Assembly (NCBI GenBank): GCA_026416585.1
Contig: JAOAEV010000025.1
Location: 29,110-93,109 of the forward strand
DNA from: Chlorobiota bacterium
Lineage (GTDB): Bacteria > Bacteroidota > Ignavibacteria > Kapaibacteriales > NICIL-2
Length of the DNA: 64,000 bases
Reading direction: 5' to 3'
Shown here: positions 1 through 8,702 of the stretch, one piece after another
Numbering within the stretch: position 1 is the first letter of the stretch
Layout: each line of letters begins with the position of its first letter
The notes under the pieces: model-generated
Database searches by the model: none
Seen by the model: only the letters and a program-made list of their open reading frames with translations
What the model was told of the DNA's origin: nothing
Made by a program: the position numbers and the translations under genes

Positions 1-1064
1 TTGGGATAGACCGTCGCTGACGAAATCACGCTGATCGGTATCCGTATCGAAGTGGTGTCGAGAAAGCGACGACTGCCATCATACATGATAGCCGATAATT
101 CGTACTCATACACCATATCACGGAAATCGACAGTATCCGGTGTTGACATTGTGTAGTCAAAGCCAACTGTTGTTGTTCCCTTGGAGTAAAGTGCTGTGTC
201 AAACGGAATTCCGAACCGGCGTATTTCGGTAAACTCCGTTTGACTCGGTGGCAGACTTGAGCAGAGACATCGACGCCGAATAACAAATCCGCGGACTCCT
301 TGCTCACAGAGCGTTGACCAATGGAGCTGTACCTGGCGATCGCCGAGATATGCAGCCTGGAAGCTCCCAACTTTGAGCGTCAGGCAGGGCTCCGGCGCTG
401 GCGCTACACGGAATGAATCCCTCCGGACAACCATCCGCTCGAGCGTGCTATCAATACGCGGGTAATTTCGCATCTCGATGTTGTCATCGGCTCGGTACCA
501 GCGGACTCCATAGGCGATGCTGTCAACTTCAAGCTTGTATGCATTTGCTTGATAGTAATCGTGTGGTTCCATCCACGCAATGGAGGTACCGATTCGCCCA
601 CCATCGGTCATTGTCACTCGAAATCGGCCGAGACGGAGCGTCGAGTCCAGCGGGAAATACTTCGCATCGCGGAATTCGTCTGGACCATAGATAAACACCG
701 AAATCCACCCGGGGTGCATACTAATGCAATAGCTATAGGCGGTCAGTGGTGCATTTGCATATGCTGCAATCGGTAGATCGGAGCTGTTGGGGAGCAGCTC
801 AACACGCATCGCTGCCGGCGTATAGCGTGAGTTGGCAATCCCAACAATCTGGAATTGAAACGTACCATTTGCCCATCGTTCCCAAACATTCGAGGTACGA
901 CGCAGCGTCAATGAAAATTGGAGCGTTTGCGGATCAACAATTGCCACATCTTCGATAGAGACAATCGAAAGTATTTCACGCTGGAGTGGTTGCGCCCCTG
1001 CGACAACGGTCGTCAGCAGCATGCACACAAACAATTGTAAGATCAACGTTGGGAGTCGTCTCAT
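1..1064 (-). CDS. hypothetical secreted protein, 3' end cut by window edge (>=354 aa)
   Basis: I checked codon by codon that the frame is open from ATG 1064 down to position 1; it is missing from the ORF track because no stop lies in the window. The N-terminus MRRLPTLILQLFVCMLLTTVVAGAQ looks like a signal peptide. Its ATG overlaps the upstream TGA (ATGA at 1061-1064). The distal part resembles an FN3-like sandwich (QVQLHWST..GVRGFVIRRR). Confidence 0.6.
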   Translation of the reverse strand, partial: MRRLPTLILQLFVCMLLTTVVAGAQPLQREILSIVSIEDVAIVDPQTLQFSLTLRRTSNVWERWANGTFQFQIVGIANSRYTPAAMRVELLPNSSDLPIAAYANAPLTAYSYCISMHPGWISVFIYGPDEFRDAKYFPLDSTLRLGRFRVTMTDGGRIGTSIAWMEPHDYYQANAYKLEVDSIAYGVRWYRADDNIEMRNYPRIDSTLERMVVRRDSFRVAPAPEPCLTLKVGSFQAAYLGDRQVQLHWSTLCEQGVRGFVIRRRCLCSSLPPSQTEFTEIRRFGIPFDTALYSKGTTTVGFDYTMSTPDTVDFRDMVYEYELSAIMYDGSRRFLDTTSIRIPISVISSATVYP

Positions 1065-3196
1065 CGTGGCACGTTTGTAGTTCGACCGCGATTATTCCAT
1101 GTCTTGTTTGCATCACGAGTTGTGACGATACCGCTCAAATCCGTATCGCGGTTGAGGTAACCTTCTTCGACACAACCATTCCAAATGGCATCGTAGTCCG
1201 TCCGATCGTTGATGTCCACTGCTCCATCACCATTGACGTCACCAGCTACCATCCCGAAGATCACACCGTCTGTTGGCGTGTAATCAATCGGCTTAAGAGC
1301 TGCAGCGCTACCGGAAACGAGCGTTGGCGTACTTAGTCGTACTACTTGCGCTGGTTGGTCGTCACTCGAAAGCCGAACGGGGGCAGCAGTGATGATTGCT
1401 AAATGTGTGCGATGATGGATAGCGACATAATAGGTCGTTGTATCAACTGTCGGATCAAAACACAGTCGGGAATTACCATCAACATCCACAATCGTTCCAT
1501 CAGCGCGGAGTAGTGCGGTACGATACACGCGTTGTGGACTGGTGGGATTCGGACGCAATTCGATGAGCACCCAGTCAACGATTGTCGAATCGAACACCGG
1601 AGTGTTGATCACACTACGATTCGGATCGCGGTTGTACGGGTACATATTCGGTGGTGTGGATGGGATCAAACCTCGTCGGGCTAAATCAGTCGCCATTGTT
1701 CCATTGCGATATGGACCCTCCAGCAACACGCGTGCATCGAGGCACACCTGAACCGGCACTGGATAGCCAATAGCGAAAGGACCTAATTGCGACAGCGTAT
1801 CGGCTACGGAGTATGCCCACCCACTAGAATCAAGTGCTGCTGGAATGCGAGATGAACGAATGTTCCGCCAGCGTGCACCATTCCAATGAAGCAAAATCAC
1901 ACGCTGACGATCGAGGTTATTCGATTCGTTTACAGTCGGCTCGTTTGGCGTATCAAGCCATGCATAGCCGAAGGTATACGGCATCGAACCGAGCAATGAT
2001 CCATTCCTGTCAGTTGCAGTGATAAAAAATGCGCGTCGCGCTTTCGTCGTACCGTCAGGATATGGTGGGAAGGTCTGAGGTAGCGTTCGTACCGTAACAG
2101 ATGCAGGAACACTGCTGCTGGGTCGGCGCATTGCAAGCCACGTATAGCGATTAGTGTACAGCTGTGGTGTGCTATCGCCGACGACACCTGTTCGTCGCAA
2201 CGATCCGACCACTTCTGATCGTGGATGCATGTAGAACGGGTCAAGTACTGCCGGGGTGTACGTCAACACATAACGTTCGGTCGAATCACGCTCGGTGAAG
2301 ACAAACGTCGCTCGATTGGTCGTACCAACCACCAGGGAATCGTTCACCGTAACATGCCGATCCATTTGCAGTCCACCTCCTGTGACAACCGTTAGCGATT
2401 GTAAAATGTTGTCAGCTGCAGGCACTTCGTTGCCAGTCACAATACGCGATGCTCCTTCGTACCGAATCGAGTATCCACCACTGTAGCGCGGAAATTCAAC
2501 AATGGAGCCAGAATCTGTTCGAATAACCAGTGAACGATTGTTCATCAGTACATTACTTGCTGGCGAGTTACGGAGCTCCCCCTGATGAAGGTAGAGCGTA
2601 TGACGGATAGCGATGTCGGCGGAATCCTCCATCAGCACTCCGTTTGCGTTGTCTATTTCGAGAGCACTCATTCGCCCACGACCAGTCAAACGTTGTACAC
2701 TGTTGCCACGAAGTACGATTGCACCAAATGCTCCAGCGTCATTGACGGAGCCGTCATGATGGACCCGTCCATGAGCAATGAGGGGATAATCCCGAAAAAT
2801 TAAAAGCTGACTTGGTGTTTCGGTGACAAGAGTGTCCAAGCTCACTAAGGATCGCCGCGAGCTTGTATCGAGCTGTTTAACGCTTCGACCGCGGAAGTAG
2901 AGCACTGAGTAGGTGATTTGTGGGACGCGTTGCAACCTTCCTGCTGTATCGCCGATAAATTCTGTTCGGCCTGCAAGGATATTTTGTTCAATCTGGGCAT
3001 GGCCGGTAATGGTGACTACTCCACGATCATTGGCAATGCGTGCACCAGAATGACTCCGCAGTTCTCCTCTGACCTCAATGTGTCCAGCGTTAACAATCCT
3101 ACCACATGTAACATTGTCAAGTACGTGTTGCGCCGCAGCACCAAGTGTCATGGCACTGAGCAACGCTGCTATACTGAGTATGCTCGCACTATTCAT
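1061..3196 (-). CDS. large secreted beta-helix/adhesin-like protein with C-terminal dockerin-like module (712 aa)
   Basis: From ORF 1061..3298. Start moved to M35 (ATG 3196), 2 nt after the upstream stop, which gives the signal peptide MNSASILSIAALLSAMTLGAAAQ. It has repeated [IV]xNxGxI motifs. The last 60 aa carry two EF-hand-like loops, DVNGDGAVDIND and DTDLSGIVTTRD. It is a paralogue of the 737-aa protein. Confidence 0.75.
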   Translation of the reverse strand: MNSASILSIAALLSAMTLGAAAQHVLDNVTCGRIVNAGHIEVRGELRSHSGARIANDRGVVTITGHAQIEQNILAGRTEFIGDTAGRLQRVPQITYSVLYFRGRSVKQLDTSSRRSLVSLDTLVTETPSQLLIFRDYPLIAHGRVHHDGSVNDAGAFGAIVLRGNSVQRLTGRGRMSALEIDNANGVLMEDSADIAIRHTLYLHQGELRNSPASNVLMNNRSLVIRTDSGSIVEFPRYSGGYSIRYEGASRIVTGNEVPAADNILQSLTVVTGGGLQMDRHVTVNDSLVVGTTNRATFVFTERDSTERYVLTYTPAVLDPFYMHPRSEVVGSLRRTGVVGDSTPQLYTNRYTWLAMRRPSSSVPASVTVRTLPQTFPPYPDGTTKARRAFFITATDRNGSLLGSMPYTFGYAWLDTPNEPTVNESNNLDRQRVILLHWNGARWRNIRSSRIPAALDSSGWAYSVADTLSQLGPFAIGYPVPVQVCLDARVLLEGPYRNGTMATDLARRGLIPSTPPNMYPYNRDPNRSVINTPVFDSTIVDWVLIELRPNPTSPQRVYRTALLRADGTIVDVDGNSRLCFDPTVDTTTYYVAIHHRTHLAIITAAPVRLSSDDQPAQVVRLSTPTLVSGSAAALKPIDYTPTDGVIFGMVAGDVNGDGAVDINDRTDYDAIWNGCVEEGYLNRDTDLSGIVTTRDANKTWNNRGRTTNVPR

Positions 3197-5402
3197 CGCC
3201 GATCTGCAGACGTCCAGCATTTTGTATCCAGCCTGTGTTGTGCACGGTATTGACGCGAACAGTTGGACGCGGCTGGGTTGCGAAGATGACCATTCCACGT
3301 TCCTTAGGCTCGGCAGCAGATGTCAAACGAGCAAAGCGCTCAAAATCAATGGCACTTAGATTTTCTCGTGGAGTACCGACCGTGTCACATCCGGTAATAT
3401 CGAGTATCCCATCACGTCCGACGGTTGTGGAAAGGTACTCGTTTGCCCCACCGATGATAAAGAGCCCGGCTGTAGGTGGTGCTGTCGAGTCTGTTCCAAA
3501 AATGAGCGCTGCATCGCGTCCGTTGTGGTCAATAATCACACGAGCAGCCATTGCCAGTGGATAAGCTTCTGGCACCACATATCCATCCCACCCGTTTGCA
3601 GCAGGACGTACAAAACCTGCCCAGACATTGTGCAGAATGAGTGCAGTATCGTATGGTAACGGCTCGCTACGGTCAACCCATGTTTCCGGATTCGACCAGC
3701 GTCCATGACGCGCTGTAATAACGCGCGACGGGGCAGCACGAAGGAGAAGATCACTGCCATCGAGCAACCCATCTGCTCCACTGGGGGCAATTGCTCCTGC
3801 TTCTACCCAAAGGAATGTGCAATTTGTATCGAGACCTCTTGCGTAACCACGACCGATACGGTTGGGTGCAGAAGTTCGTGGAGCATTATAGGTTCGCAGT
3901 CCACGCATCGAAGCCAAGCCACTGAGATTGCGGGTTTCAGCCACACGGAATCCAGCGCGCACAGACGCAACCCATGCTGGCGTCCGCAGGCTGGGTCCGT
4001 AGGCAACAGTGATTTTGCGATGGACGTCCGTCGCTGCATTGTAGCCATTCGGTGCTGTTTGCGGAAGTACACTCAACGTTATAGCGCTCGGCATACCTGT
4101 CGTATCGGTGAAGGCAAACGTCGTGTGACGATTGTTGAATGTCAGCGTTTGACTGCTAACAACGGTGCTACGCAGTCCCTCATGGCGGAATCGTCCGATG
4201 ACTTCAGAACCTGCTTGGCAGTCGTTGAGTAGGCGATCATAAACGATCGGAGTCAGGGTACTATCGCTATGATGAACAGTTAGCGTATAGTCACCCATCG
4301 CTATTGAATGTGGCTCAGCATCTGTATTGATCCACAGTCCGCACCCCACGTGCACGTCGCCATTGGCACGTTTGCTTCCCCCGTTGGTTTCGAGCTTGCC
4401 GTAGCGATGATCTGGTTCTGCGGCAGTCGCTTGGAGGATTTGTCCATTACTTGCAGCAATGTATCGCACAGTCGTACCACATTCATAAATCGCGTTCAGC
4501 AATGACCCAGCAGTATTGAGGTACGTACCTTCAACATTCATTGCAGCAGTACCCAGCAAAGAAAATCGTCCAGCTGTTCCCGTTGCACTTATGCGGAATG
4601 CAGAGCCAGAATCAATGATAAATGCCGCTGGCTGGTAATTGCTGCGAACTATTACGTGTCCGCTGTTATCAGCATTGAGGGTGGAAGTGTTCGATATTTG
4701 GAGCCATGCTGTCGGTACGGTCAATAGAACCGCACTTCCTGTACCAATAACTGCCATTGGTGACTCGCTCCGTGATTGGCCACGTAGGTCGAGTACACCA
4801 CCGCTATTGATACTAAAACCTCCACCGTTCGATGCATGGTTGAGAAATCGTTCTCGAACGACTGCAGTGTCCGATGCAAGAAACTTTAGTTGCCCGGACG
4901 CTCCATTGAGCAAGACAAGACTGCGGTATGCATTGACGCCCTTTTCAGGGATCACACGCTGCTGTGAGGCACCATCATAGAAAAACGTACCCTCGTAATC
5001 GCGCCTTCCTGTTCCCGTTGCAATCGTATAGGCTCCGCCAACAAATATCGAGTCGCTTATTGATTTTGCACCACCAGAGAGCGAAAGATTGGTGTACCAT
5101 CGAGCCTGAACACGCTGATTATTGTTCGTGGCAGACCATAACACGATTCCACCAATCCGACTGGCTACCGATGCACCAAGTGGGTTTAGTCCGGTAAAAC
5201 GATTACCAATAGCCGCCATTTCGATCGTACCATCATTGGTCACCTGCGTTACCGCTGCATTGTTTCGGAACTCAGCATTGGTCGAAAGTAACCGAATAGT
5301 CCCTGTATTTGCGATGCGCCCGCAGGATTCGTTGACGACGTTCTGCGCCCCTACAGAGATAACCATAATGAACAATCCCGTTAGTATTCCATGGGTCATC
5401 AT
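3189..5402 (-). CDS. large secreted beta-helix/adhesin-like protein (737 aa)
   Basis: Signal peptide MMTHGILTGLFIMVISVGAQ. NESCGRIANTGTI follows the cleavage site, matching NVTCGRIVNAGHI in the downstream gene. It contains a GRWSNPETW motif and is Gly/Asn/Thr/Ser rich. I saw no catalytic motif. Its ATG overlaps the upstream TGA (5399-5402). Confidence 0.75.
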   Translation of the reverse strand: MMTHGILTGLFIMVISVGAQNVVNESCGRIANTGTIRLLSTNAEFRNNAAVTQVTNDGTIEMAAIGNRFTGLNPLGASVASRIGGIVLWSATNNNQRVQARWYTNLSLSGGAKSISDSIFVGGAYTIATGTGRRDYEGTFFYDGASQQRVIPEKGVNAYRSLVLLNGASGQLKFLASDTAVVRERFLNHASNGGGFSINSGGVLDLRGQSRSESPMAVIGTGSAVLLTVPTAWLQISNTSTLNADNSGHVIVRSNYQPAAFIIDSGSAFRISATGTAGRFSLLGTAAMNVEGTYLNTAGSLLNAIYECGTTVRYIAASNGQILQATAAEPDHRYGKLETNGGSKRANGDVHVGCGLWINTDAEPHSIAMGDYTLTVHHSDSTLTPIVYDRLLNDCQAGSEVIGRFRHEGLRSTVVSSQTLTFNNRHTTFAFTDTTGMPSAITLSVLPQTAPNGYNAATDVHRKITVAYGPSLRTPAWVASVRAGFRVAETRNLSGLASMRGLRTYNAPRTSAPNRIGRGYARGLDTNCTFLWVEAGAIAPSGADGLLDGSDLLLRAAPSRVITARHGRWSNPETWVDRSEPLPYDTALILHNVWAGFVRPAANGWDGYVVPEAYPLAMAARVIIDHNGRDAALIFGTDSTAPPTAGLFIIGGANEYLSTTVGRDGILDITGCDTVGTPRENLSAIDFERFARLTSAAEPKERGMVIFATQPRPTVRVNTVHNTGWIQNAGRLQIGDE

Positions 5403-5893
5403 GGTTGCCCTACCTCGATAAGTCCACTATTAGAAAGCGTACCCCGATTGACAAAATCACGCCAGACGTAGATTGAGCCACGATTATCTATCTCGCCGTC
5501 GCTTGAGAGCGCTCCTTTAACGGTAATTGAACCGGGCGCATTACGGATGAGAAAACCATATGCGACGGTACACGGAATACCGCTGGTTGTCAGGTTACTA
5601 TCCACAACAGCTATTGAACGTCCGTTGAAAGTCGCACGTCCCGATGCCAGGTGCAATGAACCGGAGACCCGAAGTTGTGCGCTGTCACCAGCGGTCAGTT
5701 GACCGTTAGCAATGCTCACGTACGTACCATTGACTTGCATTACGGCACGGGGTGACAGGGAAATGATCCCGCCATTGTTTGTCATGATTTGTGCATTTGT
5801 GGCTGTAACTATCGCTGCCATGACGCAGCCCAGCGTCGCCCATCGCCGAATCATCGAGCGTATCATTATTGGTGACAATGCAAGTATCGGCAT
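5399..5893 (-). CDS. small secreted beta-helix-like protein (164 aa)
   Basis: N-terminal signal peptide ending TATNAQ; an alternative start at M10 (5866) is possible. The C-terminus GEIDNRGSIYVWRDFVNRGTLSNSGLIEVG resembles the C-terminus of the 737-aa protein. It lies 28 nt downstream of the fibre-like gene. Confidence 0.65.
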   Translation of the reverse strand: MPILALSPIMIRSMIRRWATLGCVMAAIVTATNAQIMTNNGGIISLSPRAVMQVNGTYVSIANGQLTAGDSAQLRVSGSLHLASGRATFNGRSIAVVDSNLTTSGIPCTVAYGFLIRNAPGSITVKGALSSDGEIDNRGSIYVWRDFVNRGTLSNSGLIEVGQP

Positions 5894-5921
5894 TAGAAGC
5901 TCTCGGCTTTACTACGAGAAA

Positions 5922-8702
5922 CTACTGAATTCGCGTGAATTTGAGATATGAATTCGTCCGAGCAGTTGTGGGGGTAGCGTCAGCAGAACTTTGCGCCCAC
6001 TGGAGGCGAACCGTCCCACTTGTACTACCCATAACCACAATGCCACGTACAAAAACGACCGACGAACCACCGGACGGGATACCGAGTGATGCACTTCCAC
6101 CAGAGAGAACGCCACTGCGGAACGATGTGACCGCTCCATCATTGGCGTGATAACTGAGCTTGAATGTAGCACCCATCGGGACGCTCAGCCCGAATGCGAC
6201 ACCTGGTGTGGCCGAAAACGAAGCGAAATCAAGCATCCCTTCGACTTCCCACACCTGGTTTGCACTGAGCGTGAAAAAGAGGTGATCATCATCTTGCAAG
6301 GTCGTAGAATTACTAACACTTTCATCGCTAGATTTATAGCGCACGACAACTGTCGAATTTGCTGAGATTGTGCTGGTGAGTGGAATCCAACGATTACCAT
6401 CAAAGTACCAGTAGCCTTCTTCACTGGATGTAGTTACATACACCAGCAAGCCTTTAGCAGGTGATGAGATTGCATCGCGCTCGCTTGCGGTCATACGCGG
6501 TAGTAAAAAGCCTTTCGTTGTGCTGAATATCTCGACGAGTGCAGACGCATTCGGCGCATTTGTACCGATACCAATTCGCCCATCACTTGCGATCCGTAAC
6601 CGCTCTTGATTGTTGGTAATGATGGGTAAGGCAACATTATCTTTTGTGCCGAGTGCTTGCTCTACGCTGAGGGTGTTACCTCCGAGCAACCATGTTGTCC
6701 CGCCAAAAATGCTTGATGGGGATACCCACTGTGGTGCAGCCGATAGCCCTTGTGATATAAGCACCTGTCCTGGCGATCCGGCTCCGAATCCCCCACCTTG
6801 CAACGACGCAACAAGCTCACCCGAAATGTTCAAATGATGGATATATGTCCGGTTCGGATTGCCATTGGGTAGCAATGTATTACGAAGTGGCGTTGGAGTG
6901 AGCGAATCAACATGCCCCAGATACACATTGCCTCCCGCACCAGCAATAAGTGCATAATTGTTCGTACCTCCAGCTGCAACAAGATAGCTCCCGACATTTA
7001 AGTAAGAAGTAGCTTGCTTCGATGCCTGGAATGCCATCGTTACCGTGCTGGAGGCATCAGAACCGGCCACGCTTCCAATCGAATAGACGGCCAATGAGCT
7101 ATAGTTCGCCTGAGTCGAATTATCAGTGATTTGGACTGTACCGAATGCATTGCTCGACGAAGACGCTGGATTGATCCCAATCGCCACTTTCCCATCAGAT
7201 TTGATGCGCATCCGCTCGACGTTATTGGTGCGGATCGCAAGCGCACGATTATCTGTTGTTCCAAGAAAGTTGAATTGTGGTGCATCGGGATTAGTACCTG
7301 CATTGCCGAGGATTGCCCACGCACCAAGTGATGCTGCAGTGATCGTTTGCCAGGTCGGCGCACTTGTGCCACTCGAAACAAGCATTTGCCCGGGAGAGCC
7401 AACGTTTGTAAAGGCAAGCGACGTCCCGTTCGAATAAGCAATTGAACCAGGACTGCCAATAGATGTCGTACCAGTTCCGCCTTTATCCACTGTGAGGACA
7501 CCTGCAACTTCTGCCGTACCGAGATCAACCGCATTTGTAAGCGAACCCGTTCCGACAAATTGATTGGCGCGGATAACTCCCGTACCACCCGGTGCAAGTA
7601 TCGATCCATTCCCAACAGTCAGCGTTTGTCCAGTGTTCGTGCCAGTCTTGACGGAGTCAAAAGGCACAGCAATTCTGATTGGATGCGTCACAATAAGTGA
7701 GTCCGTGCGGAGAATCGAGACTGTCAGGGTATCAATTCGACCATCACGAACATACAGTGTATCAAACCGACCAAACCGGCCAACAAGACTATCAATTCGT
7801 CCGATATGGCTCCACAGTGTGTCAATCCGACCATCACGAACATACAGCGTATCAAACCGACCAAACCGGCCAACAAGACTATCAATATGCCCAATCCTGC
7901 TCCAGAGAGTATCTACTCGACCATCTCGTGTCGAAAGAGTATCAAAACGGCCAATATTCGTGTAAAGAGTGTCAATCCTCCCAGCTCGTGCGTAGAGGGA
8001 ATCCACTAAAAGACGACGCAGTGTAAGCACTCTTACACTGAGAGAGTCGAGCGAGCGGGTCCACTGCGGTTGTGTAGTAGATCCATTACTAACAAGCAGT
8101 TCGCCCGGTTGACCAGCGTTACCGCTAATCTGCAAGAGGGCCGTCGGACCCTGCAGATTCAATCCAGCGGCTGTGATCTGACCATTAGCATTTACTTGAA
8201 ACTGGGATGCACTGCCAACAGAAAACAATCCCAGAGGATTGTTGGTACCAATCCCAACATTTCCCGATGGTAAGATACGCAACCGCTCCTGTCCATTTGT
8301 CTTGAGTATGAGCGGTTGATTATCCGTCGTTCCCAAAAAGTTCAGCGTCGGATCAGTGCTACTATTGCCTTGCAATGACCAAAAGCTACCAGAACCAGTT
8401 ATAAATGGCACCCAATTCGGTGCAATCGGGGTACCGTCGTTGTACTCGAAACGGTTCGTGGTGGTGTTAAAAATCACCAGGCTTTTTGCTGGGAGCACGA
8501 TTCCATCCCGTTGAGCGGTAGTCATCCGTGGGATAAGTAACCCCTGTCGCGTCGAGCGCAGCTCCAATAGTGCTGATGTATCCGGCGCTGTCGTTCCAAT
8601 ACCGACATTCCCATCGGCCCACAGCGGATACGACAGCACCAAGGCTATCGCAATAATGTGCAGCACCGGGGAAGGCTGAAGTGTGAAGCGCTGTCGCATC
8701 AT
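5922..8702 (-). CDS. tail-fibre-like secreted repeat protein (927 aa; maximal ORF extends to 8747)
   Basis: Signal peptide MMRQRFTLQPSPVLHIIAIALVLSYPLWA. It has three copies of the module W.L.GN..(F)LGT.DN..L...TN..ERLRI...G.(V/I)(G/A)IG, two copies of (L/F)L(I/L)PRMT..(Q/E)RD.I..PAK(S/G)L(V/L)(I/V)(F/Y), and three copies of G.PG(E/Q).L(V/I)S.G....P.W. A GGTG motif typical of phage tail fibres is present, along with 11 decapeptide repeats and a ~150-aa C-terminal beta-rich domain. Confidence 0.8.
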   Translation of the reverse strand: MMRQRFTLQPSPVLHIIAIALVLSYPLWADGNVGIGTTAPDTSALLELRSTRQGLLIPRMTTAQRDGIVLPAKSLVIFNTTTNRFEYNDGTPIAPNWVPFITGSGSFWSLQGNSSTDPTLNFLGTTDNQPLILKTNGQERLRILPSGNVGIGTNNPLGLFSVGSASQFQVNANGQITAAGLNLQGPTALLQISGNAGQPGELLVSNGSTTQPQWTRSLDSLSVRVLTLRRLLVDSLYARAGRIDTLYTNIGRFDTLSTRDGRVDTLWSRIGHIDSLVGRFGRFDTLYVRDGRIDTLWSHIGRIDSLVGRFGRFDTLYVRDGRIDTLTVSILRTDSLIVTHPIRIAVPFDSVKTGTNTGQTLTVGNGSILAPGGTGVIRANQFVGTGSLTNAVDLGTAEVAGVLTVDKGGTGTTSIGSPGSIAYSNGTSLAFTNVGSPGQMLVSSGTSAPTWQTITAASLGAWAILGNAGTNPDAPQFNFLGTTDNRALAIRTNNVERMRIKSDGKVAIGINPASSSSNAFGTVQITDNSTQANYSSLAVYSIGSVAGSDASSTVTMAFQASKQATSYLNVGSYLVAAGGTNNYALIAGAGGNVYLGHVDSLTPTPLRNTLLPNGNPNRTYIHHLNISGELVASLQGGGFGAGSPGQVLISQGLSAAPQWVSPSSIFGGTTWLLGGNTLSVEQALGTKDNVALPIITNNQERLRIASDGRIGIGTNAPNASALVEIFSTTKGFLLPRMTASERDAISSPAKGLLVYVTTSSEEGYWYFDGNRWIPLTSTISANSTVVVRYKSSDESVSNSTTLQDDDHLFFTLSANQVWEVEGMLDFASFSATPGVAFGLSVPMGATFKLSYHANDGAVTSFRSGVLSGGSASLGIPSGGSSVVFVRGIVVMGSTSGTVRLQWAQSSADATPTTARTNSYLKFTRIQ
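7677..8006 (-). repeat. in-frame 30-bp (decapeptide) tandem array, 11 units, containing a near-identical 72-90 bp duplication
   Basis: Translates as VDSLYARAGR IDTLYTNIGR FDTLSTRDGR VDTLWSRIGH IDSLVGRFGR FDTLYVRDGR IDTLWSHIGR IDSLVGRFGR FDTLYVRDGR IDTLTVSILR TDSLIVTHPI. DNA 7738-7796 and 7828-7886 are 59 bp each and differ at one base. Confidence 0.9.

Noticed and set aside
3189-3298. 110-bp overlap between the 737-aa and 745-aa ORFs.
   Set aside because: It is an artefact of taking the longest ORF. Starting the downstream gene at ATG 3196 gives a canonical signal peptide and a 2-nt intergenic gap.
7040-7965. Several 60-190-aa ORFs in alternative frames inside the fibre gene (for example 7040..7615 on the minus strand and 7564..7965 on the plus strand).
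   Set aside because: They are repeat-driven, low-complexity translations (for example the Arg/Pro/Ser-rich RPSRTYSVSNRPNRPTRLSI repeats) of the same DNA repeat. The long signal-peptide-bearing frame explains the region.
7677-8006. Regular 30-bp periodic repeat that might be a CRISPR array or a satellite.
   Set aside because: There are no unique spacers between the repeats. The array is in frame within a long ORF and translates to a coherent decapeptide repeat. No cas genes are present in the window.
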